Of a DNA stretch of 64,000 bases, positions 24,553 to 37,310 are shown in pieces (positions within the stretch are counted from its first letter, which is position 1; each line of letters opens with the position of its first letter). The DNA lies in NCBI GenBank assembly GCA_030390025.1, contig CM059425.1:176020001-176084000 (forward strand), in the 5' to 3' direction. Position numbers and translations under genes: made by a program. The DNA comes from Squalus acanthias. Its lineage: Eukaryota. Below the pieces are notes generated by a model, which was not told the DNA's origin, did no database searches, and saw only the letters and a program-made list of their open reading frames with translations.

Positions 24553-25760
24553 ATGGGTGCTCTCGTTGTCATCTCCCTTGGCCTGCAGCATGACAGGGAG
24601 ATGGAGCAAAGGCAGCAAAGAAGAGGACAAGCTGCTCACAGAGCGAGGAGGAGGAGGGGGAGAAGGGCTCGCAACAGGAAGCCCCACCCACCTAGGGACT
24701 TCTGAGAGCAATTCTCTTACCTCAGCCTGAGCCAGGAGCAGTGCGCTTTATGAGGGAGGTGCTCACAGAACTCTGCCACCTCTTGCAACCAGACCTGCAG
24801 CCTCACACCAAGGGAAGGACAGCACAGCCAATGGCTGTGAAAGTGACCGTGGCCCTGAATTTCTTTGCTTCGGTATCCTTCCAGGCTGGAGCAGGCAACA
24901 TCTGTAACATCTCTCAGTTTGCCATCCACTGCTGCATAAAGAGGTCATGATGCGGAGATGCCGGTGTTGGACTGGGGTGGACAAAAGTGAGAAGTCGCAC
25001 AACACCAGGTTATAGTCCAACAGTTTTATTTGAAATCACAAGCTTCGGAGCGCTGCTCCTTCGTCACCTGACGAAGGAGCAGCGCTCCGAAAGCTTGTGA
25101 TTTCAAATAAAACTGTTGGACTATAACCTGGTGTTGTGCGACTTCTCGCATAAAGAGGTGACAGACGCTCTTTATGCCAGAAGAGGGGAGTTCATGTCTT
25201 CTCTTTGACCAGAGAGAAGTAGGTGGAGTTTGCATATGGCTTTGCCAGGATAGCTGGCTTTGCGGGCACCGCATCTAAATGCTGAGATTTACCGCAACCA
25301 CAAAGGTTTCCACTTGCTGAATGTGCAGTTGGTGTGCGACCATGCTCAGCACATCATGATGGTGAATACCCGGTAATCTGGCAGCAGTCATGATGCTTTT
25401 ATTCTGAGCCAGTCCGTTGTTCCCTCAGCCTTTGAGCCACCACGGCAAGCAGAGACTGGCTGCTGGGTGACAAGGGCTATCCCTTGACCACCTGGCTCAT
25501 GAATCCACTCCGCAACCCAACCACACATGGACAGCATGCATACAATGAGAGCCATGCTGTCACGTGAAACATCATAGAGCAGACCATTGGAGTGCTTAAG
25601 CAATGGTTCCTCTCTCTAGACCGCACTGGAGGAGCCCTGCAGTACTCAGCAGAGTGCGTCTCAAGATTCATCGTTGTTGGAAGAAGAGGAGGAAAAAGCG
25701 GAAGGGAGAAGGCAACCCAGACAGCCCCTTCCATGATCGATTCAACCGGTTACGGTTTCA
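24553..25760 (+). pseudogene. Harbinger transposase pseudogene interrupted by a Penelope-like hairpin
   Basis: EVLTELCHLLQPDL, AVKVTVALNFFAS, ISQFAIHCCIK|EVTDAL, NHKGFHLLNVQLVCDH, GDKGYPL, LDRTGGALQYS; stops and deletions. Confidence 0.88.
24946..25147. mobile_element. Palindromic Penelope-like insertion (hammerhead family A)
   Basis: 12-bp TSD GCATAAAGAGGT (24934-24945, 25148-25159); about 78-bp inverted arms centred on 25067-25068; intact hammerhead on + at 25064-25100. Confidence 0.85.
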
Positions 25761-26006
25761 GTGAACGCAACCCCGATTCCACATTCACCAATTGTCTCAC
25801 GCTTTACCATTCCTCTGTTCTGGACCATCACAGCGTCTTCTTGGCCACAATGCTGAAATAAAAGCCACACAAAGCAAACTTTCCAATCCAACTTTTTACA
25901 TCAATCCATCCAATACCACATAAAAAAGTCAACTAATCACACTTGTGCATTCCCTTAGTGACTGTCTTGCGAGTGCCTTCGCCTGTCCCAGAGCTCCTAC
26001 GAAATG

Positions 26007-27800
26007 CTACCTCAGTGGCTGCAGCATGGCTGGTGAAAGGCTGCTGATTTTCAGTGGAGGAGACTGCAGATGGCCTTGCACAACGACCTCAAGCAGCTGT
26101 GGGCCTAGAAAGCCCGGCTGTACACTGCACCATCTCGGCATGGGTGGCAGCAGTCTGGGCTGTCTGGTTGACAGGCAACAGCAAGGGCACTGGTGGAGTG
26201 GCAGTGCTGGGAGGACGAATGCTGTCATCCTGAGAGAGGACAGCAGGGTCGTGCTCCATGGAGCCACTGCCTCTCCCCTGGACAGCACTTCAGCAATCCT
26301 AGTAATCTGTTGGAGGACAGTTTGCTGGACTGCTGTGACACCCTGCAAGCCCCTTTCCACACTGGTAAATGCAGCCACAATGGTAGCAGTCTGTACTTGC
26401 ATGGCAGCAAGCTGAGCCTGCATGAGAGCAGTCTGAGCTTCCATTGCAGCACTCAGACGTTGGGTTACTTCTGCTTGTGCTGCAATGGAAGCTGAGACAT
26501 CGGCCATCAGACCCTGCATTATGGTTGGGTCCACAAGTGTGCTAATGGAGTTGGCCATCAATTCCATGCTGGAAATCATGGGCTCCAAGCTCTGCGCAAA
26601 GCCCTGTGCAAGATTGGTGCCGGACTCCTCCATGCTCCTTGACATTGCACTCAGGCTTTCTGGCAGGCCTGCCAATGCTCCAAGCATTTCATTGTGCATA
26701 CCCATCAGCCTTCTTCTGTAGGCTGCCCCTTTGAAGTTCTCATCTGAGTCCTGTGCAGCAGAACTTGTGTGTGACCTCGCCCTCCGGGGAGCTTGCACCT
26801 GCACTACCCTTTCCCCCTGCCCTGGCTGCAGGCCACTAGTGCCCGCTGTCTCACCATGTGCAGATCCCGCCTTTAAACTATCCTCTAAAGTACGCAGAGT
26901 GTCAGTCTCTGAGCTGGTGGCTGGGAGTGTGAAATTGAGTGACGCTGTGTCTTCATGATCACTGTCTTCCTGCTCCTCCACCAGTGCCTGCTCAGGTGGC
27001 AGTTCTTGGCTATCTGAAAGGGGAAAGGCACAAGGGTAAGGTTGTGGTGAGGGGAGGTGGGGGGTGGGGGGATAGCAAGAGTTGCATGCTTACACCATGT
27101 GCAGCTAGTAAGTCAGAAGAGATTGTGGGATGAAGGGGGAAGTGGGATGTGAGAAGGAGGATTAGGTATGAGGATACCGTCATCTTGCATTGCTTCAGCC
27201 CCGCTGCTGGCCACAGGCTCAGCAATTGCTCTCCCAAGAATGGCCAGCACAGTCTCCTCCAAGAGGCTCAGATTATGCAGGCACGCCTGTGCCTCTTCGG
27301 GTAGCCCCTGCAGACTCCAATTGTGAGCCACCTTGTCCTGCAAGAGAAAGGGAAGTGTGTCCATGAGTGTGGTGCAATGTGTTTGGGTGATGTGCCTGTC
27401 ATGGTTTAATAGCTGACAGTGTGTGCAAGCTGTGAGATGTGGGTGTGAGTCTTACAGCATTGGTAAGTGTGTGAGGGTGAGGTGAAGATATGAATGTAAG
27501 GAATGAGTCGTGTTTGGTAGAGATTGTTGGTAGGTGAGTGATGGGGGTGTGGTGCATTGAGCAGTGTGTGAGGTTAGTGGTGCAGATGGTGGGATATGGC
27601 ATTTGAAGATTACTTCACTGACCTTCACCACTCATGTGATGTCATTAAACTTCTTCCTGCACTGCAGCTAGTTCCTCGGGGTGACACTGCTGGATTGACA
27701 GCTATGGCTATCTGCTCCCATTGGCATTTTTGATTTTGCCCTGAGCACCCTGTGGAAATAGGACCTCTCTCCTCCTTTCCACCTCCCGATGGTTGTGAGG
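26007..27800 (-). pseudogene. Harbinger Myb/SANT gene remnant (H3), spliced
   Basis: Exon 1 remnant ends 27623 (AAG|GTCAGT); exon 2 27337-27178 (DKVAHN); exon 3 from 27013 includes ORF 26007-26981 with a coiled-coil-like segment. Confidence 0.75.
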
Positions 27801-27888
27801 CTCTGGTGGTGGCAGTCTTGGAAAATTTATCCCCCATATGTCTTGCCTCAATGAATGAAAGAAAGACTTGCATTTATGTAGCACCTTC

Positions 27889-29611
27889 TGAAGGGATAAT
27901 TACAAGTCCTAGCCCTTCTCGGGCTACCCCAGATCAGATGTATTCCCCAGACGTTCCCCTTCAACTAAAGTTAGAGATAGCCGAATCCTATAAGACGCTT
28001 AATTGGGTCTAACAGTCCAGACTATTTCTCCTTAAAGGAAAGAAATGACTTGAAGATATTACCGTCCTCCAGGTAGCACTTTTAGTAAGTTTAACTAGAC
28101 TGTAACCTTCCGGATATTATGAGGGTCCAGAAAACCCCCCAGAATTCTGCGACTCCTCACAAAAGAGTGTACAGAGATTTGAGTTTGCGAGGTTGATACA
28201 GAAATACTCTGTGAGACAATTCTAAAAATATATAGATTTATTAAGGAACCGACATTTAGTTAACAGTTGGTGAGTCAATCGCAACTTTAACAGTTCAAAA
28301 TACAAATAGCTTACAATTCTATTCTCAGAGATCCTTATTCTCAAATCTTAACTTCGTTACATTTTTACATTTCTAAGTCTTATTCTTAATCCAGAATACC
28401 CACCAAAATCAAATAAAAGTACCGTTTGATCCCCGAGACTAGAGTTGTAGACCTACAGAGTGGTTCTGAAGGTGAGAATCGCTCTGCCCCTTCCAGCGAC
28501 TTCTGACTTTCTATCTGAAAAGCTCTATTTTTATACCTTTTTTTAGTGGTTTATCCTTTGAAGTTTTCTGTTGATGTAAGCTAATTATCTCTAGCCATAC
28601 CTCTGTTGACTTCTTTCTATTCTTACTGTTAATTCAGCTGTTAGCTTGCAGAATTCTGTCTGCTGTATAGGTGTTTCAAAAACTTATCATATAAAATAGT
28701 TATCACAGATTTATCTCTTTGATGCCATTCTTTCGAAGGTCTTCAATTCAATTCAAGTCCAAAAATGTGTGGGTTAGGTTGATTTGGCTATGATAAATTG
28801 ACGCTTAGTGTTAGGGGGGGATTAAATATGTGGGGTTATGGGGATAGGATGGGATATGTTAGGGGGAATTAAATATGTGGGGTTACGGGGGTAGGGTGGG
28901 ATATGTGTACTGTGGGGATTAAAGCAGGGACAGGGTACTGGATTTGGATGATCAGCCATGATCGTATTGAATGGTGGAGCAGGCTCGACGGGCCGAATGG
29001 CCTACTCCTGCTCCTAGATTCTATGTTTCTATGTTTCTATGTAATTCTTAATATTGGCTTAACTGCTTGTATTACAGACTTCTTGTCTCCTTGTGTTCCA
29101 AGTTCAACACATAAACAATGTGATTGCTTGGTACATCTATTGATGTAATATTTTCAAAGTCTTCTGTAGGTATCTTTTACAACATGTAAATTAAAAACAC
29201 TTCATCTAGGCTGTTCTTTGCATTTCTTAGCTACTTCAATTGGTTGTATATATAATCGTGTTTCCTGTTTCATTTGATGTTACTTTTACAAAGGCACATG
29301 GTTTTTTAATGTTCTGTTTTCCTGTTCAAAGTGTTATTTTTTAACACTTTACTTGGGCATTGCTATTGTGTTGGTTCCAAACTGCAGACTCCTTGTCTCA
29401 GTGTCAATAACCATTTCCCATTTCAAAAGCTTGTGTGGTGTTTACAACTTTTGTGTTAACACTTCATCTTATCTCAGAAGCCTATATTTCTGTTTACGGC
29501 TTGTGTCATTGAGGCTTTTAGATTTTTAAACCCAGTTTGTCATGTTTTAATAAAATCAGAATTCTGTTCATAGGATGGTGTATTTTTCTGAAATATGGCT
29601 ATTCCATTACA
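27889..29611 (-). mobile_element. Solo LTR (LTR-A2), same family as 21342-22956
   Basis: Minus-strand TGTAATGG..CCCTTCA; TSD CTTC / CTTT; TATAAAAA at 28535-28528; AATAAA at 28242-28237. Confidence 0.85.
28756..29042 (+). mobile_element. 5'-truncated V-SINE (HE1-like) inserted in LTR-A2
   Basis: Near-identical to 43910-44192; probable AATTC TSD; absent from LTR-A1. Confidence 0.85.
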
Positions 29612-29999
29612 CTTTCACCGCCACTGGACGTCCCAAAGCGCTTTACAGCCAATGAAGTACTTTTGAAGTGGAGTCACTGTTGTAATGTAGGAAACACGAC
29701 AGCCAATTTGCACACAGCAAGCTCCCACAAATAGCAATGTGATAATGACCAGATAATCTGTTTTTTAGTGATGTTGATTGAGGGATAAATATTGGCCAAG
29801 ATACCATTGATAACTCCTTTGCTCTTCCTCGAAATAGTGCCGTGGGATCTTTTATGTCCACCTGAGACAGCAGACGGGGCCATGATTTAACGTCTCATCT
29901 GAAAGACTGGTTTGTGTTTTTATAAATGGTAGCAAGTCACTTGGATAGGTCAAATAGTTTGTTTGTGGTAGTTAGGGCAGTAAAAAATTATTCCACTGA

Positions 30000-30370
30000 T
30001 CTTCTCCCTTTCTTTCCTGAAGCCATTGACTCACACTGGGATTGATTTCACTGGTGCCTCACCTAAGGGGTCATTCTTTATGGGAAAGCTTAGATAGTGA
30101 GTATTGGCAGGCTATTTGATTGTAAAGTGCATCACAGCCAAGCCCAATTCTTCCTTCATCTCTGACATCCATTATTTCCAGCAGGGGTTATGGGATATCA
30201 GGAATGGGAGCCCTGCCTGAATTTCTCCCCCTCCCTAGTCCAGAAGTACTGAGGCCAATTTGAGTGTCCCAAATGCCATCCTAGCTGAGCCCAGCTAACG
30301 CGGATAACAAATGCAGGATGTTCCAGTTCTGTATGGATCGCTAACAAACTGAGCATTTACCCACAAAGCC
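30000..30370 (-). mobile_element. Possible ancient degraded tRNA-derived SINE
   Basis: GAGGCCAATT..TAGCTGAGCCCAGCTAAC resembles old vertebrate SINEs from recall only. Confidence 0.3.
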
Positions 30371-31135
30371 ATTAGGGAGAGTTACAAGGCAGTCAATTTA
30401 ACTCACTACTGATGGGATATTATAACTTATTGGTGATGGAATTTTTAGTAGCGCCCTCTTGGAGAATTTTATTCGAAATACTGGGTGATATTTTTCCCCT
30501 CCAATACAGTCTAAAATCCACCATTCACCTGGATAATAACCACTGACATAGCAGATACCAGATGTTAGCAAACGTGTGGGTGGAAACCCGAGATCTAAAA
30601 GCACAGCAGCATATGTGGTTTTCTTGTAAATAACTCTTCTTTTCTTAGGTCAGATTCCACTGCATAGCTGTACTCCAAAATGTGAGATTTACAGCTCTGT
30701 GTTGAAGTTATAGATGATCTGTCAACAGAAGGTGTGACAGGGAGCGCTGCAATAAATGGGTAATCTACTCAGCCAGAACCTTTCCTGAAAAACTCATCAA
30801 TACAATTTGCTGCTGATAAAATTTAACCTCAGAGTACAGAAGAAGGAGGTCTCCAAGTTTACATGAAATACAATTCATACTTCACAGAGAATCAATAGAG
30901 AGCAGGAGTGTTCTACAATGGAGAAGCAGCGTTGAGACATTTGGATGACATATATGTGTGACAGACTTGAAACACTGAGTGTCTACTGGGGCTTTGAGCA
31001 CATCATTTAATTTTCATTGGCTACTTTACCTTTGAAGTGCTTTCCCATTGAAATTTTAATTTCAGAGTTTACTGCTAACCAGCAACATCATGGCTATCAA
31101 ATAAAATTCTGTGTGCTTCTGCTTCCATGACAGAA

Positions 31136-31243
31136 TGGAATCATAGAATCATAGAATCATTACAGCACAGAAGGAGGCCATTTGGCCTGTCGAGCCTATG
31201 CCAGCTCTCTGCAAGAGCACTTGACCTAGTCCCACTCCCCCAT
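31136..31243 (-). mobile_element. CR1 3' tail fragment
   Basis: (ATCATAGA)n tail then ACAGCACAGAAGGAGGCCATT; matches 32355-32460. Confidence 0.8.
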
Positions 31244-32354
31244 CTGCCTCCAACAACCTCTTAGGGGTGTTTCCTAATTATACTGAAATGTGATGTAAAT
31301 CAGATGTCATAACGTTGTAAAAATACCGACTGCAAATTATGATGGCATTTTAAGGCCAATGTACAGGCCAACAAATAACAACTCGTACATTATCACTGCC
31401 TGTTATGCTATTGACCCTCACGTTCTGTATCATGCAGATTCTAAGATATTACAAAAATGAGAAAAACAAAGTAGAGAAATACTTAGATCATCAGAACTGT
31501 GTACAGTGAACTGCTTAACCGTTTGAGAACATTTTGTCAGTAGGTGGATCTATCTGGTGCATGATTTAAGTTTAAACATATTTTTCCAATCAGAACTGTT
31601 CCTCTATAATTATTCAAGGTGACCCATTATTCTGAGGAATTCTATGGGCCGAGGTTCAGGCAACGCATACAGTTGAGTAGATAAAGTAAAAGAGCGACTG
31701 ATGCTGTCTTACCTGGGCAGCTCCAGTGCTATGGATGAAAGAGCTTAGTTCAATAAAAGTTACGGAATGTCTTTCTCACCGACCAGTTGAAATTGGTTTT
31801 GGCCAATAATTATACACAAGGGAAAAAATGGTACTGAAAGAAGAAATTCACATTTAACATGTTCTGTGTCTTGGAAAGTAAACAAATTCAACTTTCTCTC
31901 ATTATTAACTTTTATATTTCTGCCTCCTATGTCATTTTAGAATTATTTTTCTCAGCCTATTAAGTCCACCAGTGCCATACATTATTCCCTGGCAAGGGGC
32001 TAAGGAGTGGGCAGTAGAATTACTCCCAACCTTGTGCCAATACCACTCAGCAACTAGGAAGTTTACAAAAATGTCATGGGATGATTGGTGTTGGACATCT
32101 TGAAGAGCTAAGGGTTAATAATGGAACTGCCTTGTATCTTAGAACAAAAGGCTTTCTAAGATAAACAAAAAAACAGTGGGATGCCTCTGCAAAGAAGTAA
32201 GTGACTGGGACAACATCGACCATGAGTGATTAAAGTATAACTTTAGTGATTAGTGTAATAAACATAGGCAGAAGGGTCAATTAACTATAGTATAGAAGAA
32301 ATGTTTAGGAAGATCAGCTGTTAATAAACTACACCTCAAAGGATTCAAGAACAG

Positions 32355-33733
32355 ATAGAATCATAGAATCATAGAATGGTTACAGCACAGAAGGAGGCCA
32401 TTCAGCCCGTCGAGCCTGTGCCGGCTCTCTGCAAGAGCACTTCAGCTAGTCCCACTCCCCCAACCTTTCTCCATAGCACTGCAAATTTTTTTCCATCAGG
32501 TACTTATCAATTCCCTTTTGAAAGCCACGATTGAAGCTGCCTCCACCACCCTCTCAGGCAGTGCATTCCAGATCCTAATCACCCGCTGCGTAAAAAAGTT
32601 TTTCCTGATGTCGCCTTTGGTTCTTCTGCCAATCACCTTAAATCTGTGTCCTGTGGTTCTCGACCCTTCCGCCAATGGGAACAGTTTCTCTCTATCTACT
32701 CTGTCTAGACCCTTCATGATTTTGAACACCTCTATGAAATGTCCTCTCAACCTTCTCTGCTCTAACAAGAACAACCCCAGCTTATCCAGTCTATCCACGT
32801 AACTGAAGTCCCTCATCCCTGGAACAATTCTTGCAAATCTTTTCTGCACCCTCTCTAAGGCCTTCACATCCTTCCTAAAGTGCGGTGCCCAGAATTGGGC
32901 ACAATACTCCAGTTGAGGCCGAACCAGCATTTTATAAAGGTTCATCATAACTTCCTTGCTTTCGTACTCTATGCCTCTATTTATGAAGCCCAAGATCCCA
33001 TATGCTTTTTTAACCGTTTTCTCAACCTGCCCTGCCACATTCAACGATTTGTGCACATAACCCCCCAAGTCTCTCTGTTCATGGAACCCCTTTAGAATTG
33101 TACCCTTTAGTTTATATTGCCTCTCCTCGTTCTTCCTACCAAAATGTATCACTTCGCACTTTTCTGCGTTAAATTTCATCTGCCACGTGTCCGCCCATTT
33201 CACCAGCCTGTCTATGTCCTCTTGAAGTCTATCACTATCCTCCTCACTGTTCACTATACTTCAAGTTTTGTGTCATCTGCAAATTTTGAAATTGTACACT
33301 GTACACCCAAGTCTAAGTCATTAATATATATCAAGAAAAGCAATGGTCCAAGTACCGACCCCTGGGGAACACCACTGTGTACCTTCCTCCAGTCTGATAA
33401 ACAACCGTTCACCACTACTCTCTGTTTCCTGCCACTTAGCCAATTTCATATCCATGCTGCCACTGTCCCTTTAATTCCATGGACTTCAACTTTGCTGGCA
33501 AGCCTATTATGTGGCACTTTATCAAACACCTTTTGGAAGTCCGTGTGCACCACATCAACCGCATTGCCCTAATCAACCCTCTCTATTACCTCATCAAAAA
33601 ACTCAATCAAATTAGTTAAACACGATTTGCCTTTAACAAATCCGTGCTGGCTTTCCTTAATTAATCCACACTTGGCCAAGTGACTGTTAATTTTGTCCCG
33701 GATTATCGTTTCTAAAAGCTTCCCCACTACCGA
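32355..33733 (-). mobile_element. 5'-truncated CR1 LINE
   Basis: ORF 32496-33254 (RPQLEYCAQFWAP, NFFTQRVIRIWNALP) with upstream FADD region; octamer tail. Confidence 0.95.
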
Positions 33734-33966
33734 GATAGGTCAGGAAGTCTTGTTTATGGAAAGTATCTCTGAAGTAAACAACTAAGACTGTTTATGTAAA
33801 TAGACCGTTTTCAAAGGATTCAGGAACAGATAAATCATGAGGTCTTATCTGTGACATGTACATTTGATGTAGGTAAACTAAGGTGTATAAGGGCGCATGG
33901 GTGTTCAGCAGTTAGTTGGAGACCTCAAAAGATACAGAAACCAAAAAGCTACTCTCTGTGTACAGT

Positions 33967-36469
33967 TGTAAGGGGTTCGGGTGGCTCTGTGCTTAGCCTG
34001 GGTGTTAGTGCGGGGTTAGGCCTTGTTGCCTGTTCTGGTCTCCAGCCAGCCTGGTAGCACTAGACACCTGTGAGTGGTTCGACCCACTCGCCCTTACGGT
34101 TCTGACACTGGACTTAGGTGCGAGAGCAGTAATGCAGAGAAAACTCAGGTAGACCCGGTTGAATAGTACGAAATGGAAAATCTTTATTGCATATTGTTCA
34201 AGATTACGAAATACATGTCATAAGCACAGATTAATGACAGTACAAGCTTACATACATTTATGCAACTATTTTTAGGGAAACGAGGAGCGCACGACACATC
34301 GTAAAAGGGGACACACATTATAATTATCCTTAAAACAAAACCCTCCCCTATTAATACCTGTCCTAATCTAGATCTGTAGGATCGAGAACCATGCTCACCA
34401 CTCGTGATAACTCGGAGAATTCTAAAAACGATGCTCGGATGTTTTCGCCACAGCACCTGACTATTCACGTGTTGATCAGGGGTCTCTGTACCCCACTTGT
34501 TTACTCGCTCTGCTGCTGCAAGCAGGCTGGGCTCCCCGTTGTCATGAAGAACTCGACAATGCTCGGGCCTGGCTGTAGAACTCAAAGAAAAGTCTTTCTG
34601 GATCGACACCAGTTCGATAGAATTCGAAGAAAAGTCTTCCTGTGTCAGTTCGTGCAGTAACCTGTAGAGTTCAAAAATGGTCTATATATTTTCGGGCGCG
34701 GTCGGGGTTTACTGACCGCGGCGGCACGTGGATTCTTCTTCTTCTCTTCTCATCTCATCTCCTCGGGCCTTCGGGTCCAGACACCGTTTACCGACCTTCG
34801 GGATGGTGCACCCGATTTCGCAGCGCGCCACGAGGTCGACCCCAAAAGGGATCAGCGGAACAAGAGAGAGTAACGGTCGTCCGGGAGAATAGCCAAGAGG
34901 CGATTCCAAGCGAATGAAAAGGATAAGAGAGCGATGGGCGTTTGGACACTACAGTTATAGTACTGTAATTCCTTATCTCCCGCCCAAACTTAATGTTCAT
35001 CTTTTGTCATGTTTTGGCGCTCAAATTTCTTGTATGGGGTGGTTCTTGTTGTTAATGGGTTTCGGTGATACTTGTAACTGTCTAAGTACCCGTTAATATT
35101 TCTCCCATTGTGGAACCGGCTAGGAGTCTCCCTGGAGGGGTTTTGGGGGCCTCCGAATTCTTGTTGTGAGTACCCGCGAACGGCTCTCTCATCGTAGAGC
35201 CGTGGGGAATTTGCGTATCAATGTCTTTGGATGGGCCCTTGATTGCCCAGTACAATAGCCCCGTTTGTGTATGGAAAACCGATTCCAACACTTATATTTC
35301 TTGCTTACGTGTTAGAAATGCAAAACAATCGCGTCTTGTCTTATATCAATATGCTGAGCACTGTCCGATCTTGCTGAAATGTTTATTGAAACGCCATCTT
35401 GTCTGCCTACTGAGAAATCTGGAACCTTCTGCCACGAGGCGCGGCGGCCATTTTACAGGCTTCTTGTGTCCGTTTTTGAACCTGACAGCATTTTGCTGAA
35501 ATAAAGCTGTTTTTACGAAACTGTATGGGGGAAAAATTCAGTCGCGCCCCATTTGGGGCGCAAATATCGGCCGGGCGGAAAGATTAGCACCTGGTGCTAA
35601 TTATCGCCACCGACTGCAAACTTCACTTTTATCGCCCCTGGAGGTGATTGCAGCGCTAAATCAGGCGCTTCACACCTGTCTTAAGGCGCAAAGGCCGAGG
35701 AGCGAGGCGCTACCTCAGAGCGCTGGCGAAGCTCATGTAATGTCAGTCAGCAATGGAACACACACACAATGGCATGGGCCAGTTCTTAAAGGGGATGGTT
35801 AATCTTGCTTTCCATCCACATCCTGCTCATTGCAGCCTTGAATCTCGGCCTGGAGAGACCTGCACATCAAATCTGCTGGAAAGAACAATGGAGAGTACCA
35901 GGCCAAGAGCTCAGAGTGCAGCCCCCACAGTCTCTGCTAAATCGATACAAGGAATGGCAAATCAAAATGAACCTGCAAAGTGCTGCTCTGTACCCAAAAC
36001 TCCTTCACACAACGTTGAATCTCTCCAGAAGTCTCTACCTCTCTCTCTCAGAATGCGTAGTTCAAAAATGGCACCAACAATAAAAGGCAGGAAGCGGTCA
36101 CCTTTAAATAGCGCTCCCCCTTTCCCTTCATGACTGCAGAACGCTCCACTCAACCTGTCGTTGTTAGCGTCAGGCGGTAAGGCAGGGGGCGCCACTCAAT
36201 ATCCGCTCCGGGGCGATACCGGGGCGTTGCGCACTCGAGTGACGTCATGATCTGCCGGCGCAGGAGATCGTGGCGGTAGTGTTTAGCGCCGCTGCAAAAT
36301 GTCTAGTTAATTTCGCGAGCGGCGCAAACTTCGCCGCGCCCGGGCGCTAGCTGCTTTGCGCCCCATTAGCGCCCTCTTAAGGCGCTAACGGGAGGCGCAA
36401 CCAACTGAACTTTTCCCCCTATGTCTCTATCTCGTTATTTCGAAATCGCGATAATTTGCGAATTCTACA
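33967..36469 (-). mobile_element. Solo LTR (LTR-B, about 1.6 kb without the nested MITE), CpG-rich
   Basis: TGTA..TACA ends; CAGT TSD (33963-33966, 36470-36473); minus-strand TATA near 34690-34683 and AATAAA at 34188-34183. Confidence 0.8.
35527..36419. mobile_element. Harbinger MITE (family M1) inserted in LTR-B
   Basis: TAT TSD; TIR GGGGGAAAAATTCAGT / ACTGAACTTTTCCCCC; colinear with 47403-48296. Confidence 0.9.
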
Positions 36470-37189
36470 CAGTATAGATTGATCACCTATGCCGTATATG
36501 AATAAAGTCTTTTCCGTATACTCCACCATCAAGTGTCTCATGCTTACTCAAAGCATGTCGTTGTGAACCATAGAAGGAAGGAGGTTGACTAACAGCTGAT
36601 CCAACAATTGACCTCTCCTCTTGCCTACTTCCCTGTGGGGAATTAGATTATACTACAGCGCTGATATTCCATGGACGTGTTGGTGTTATACATAGGTCAG
36701 GAAATTGGAGCTCTGATTTGGCATGCTGCATTCGTAACATGGCCAATTTTTCAAGGGGTGATTTCGACAGTTTATCGTTGGCCATACTGCAGGCTTGTGA
36801 AATCCTATTTACCAAAGCAAATTATGTTCCACACCAAATTTCTTAATGACCACAGCACAGTCCTCATTCATAACAAATGGTGCATAGCTGGAAAGTTGGT
36901 TGGCCAGCTTTAGGAAATTACTTAAAAGGGGGTTGAGTTTGTCCACAGATTGCTGTTTTATTCACAGTTTTGGGTCAACTGGGAATTTTTGTGCTGTTGT
37001 ATATTTCACTGGTTGCATATTTGTGGAAGCCTCCACCTTTGCTCCTTTTTCCTGTGGAAATCTATGGGGCTCAGGGACCTGAAGAGTCCCAGGAAAAGGA
37101 GTAGGAGAAGAAGGCCCACATAGACTAATCTGATGTCCAGGCAGGCAGAGTGGAGGAAAATGAAGATTGACGACCACGTTCAGTAATGG

Positions 37190-37310
37190 ATACCCCCCTG
37201 TTGCTGTCCAGCTGACCATCTGGACATTGGTGGAGTAGAAGTCTTTGTGGCTCATGGATGCGATGGCATCATGTCCAGAGGCCTGGACGTTTACTGGTGC
37301 CATCAGGAAG
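37190..37310 (-). pseudogene. Possible very old Harbinger transposase fragment
   Basis: SHKDFYSTNVQMV resembles the [13 protein letters not shown] motif. Confidence 0.3.

Larger units (their letters stand above)
24124..27835 (+). mobile_element. PIF/Harbinger transposon H3 (right subterminal region deleted)
   Basis: TIR GGGCGAAAAATTT / AAATTTATCCCCC (11/13); flanks AGA / ATA; convergent transposase and Myb genes. Confidence 0.8.
27857..29908 (-). mobile_element. DeuSINE-type SINE split by a solo LTR
   Basis: GAAAGAAAGACTTGCATTTATGTAGCAC|CTT(C/T) resumes as CACCGCCACTGGACGTCCCAAAGCG after 29615. Confidence 0.8.

Noticed and set aside
21342..29611. Full provirus or composite transposon bounded by the two LTR-A copies
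   Set aside because: The LTRs are inverted, diverged and have separate TSDs; no PBS, gag or pol lies between them.
32335..33832. Repeated TCAAAGGATTCA(A/G)GAACAGATA either side of a CR1
   Set aside because: The second copy is about 75 bp beyond the CR1 end, so it is not a TSD; likely an older local duplication.
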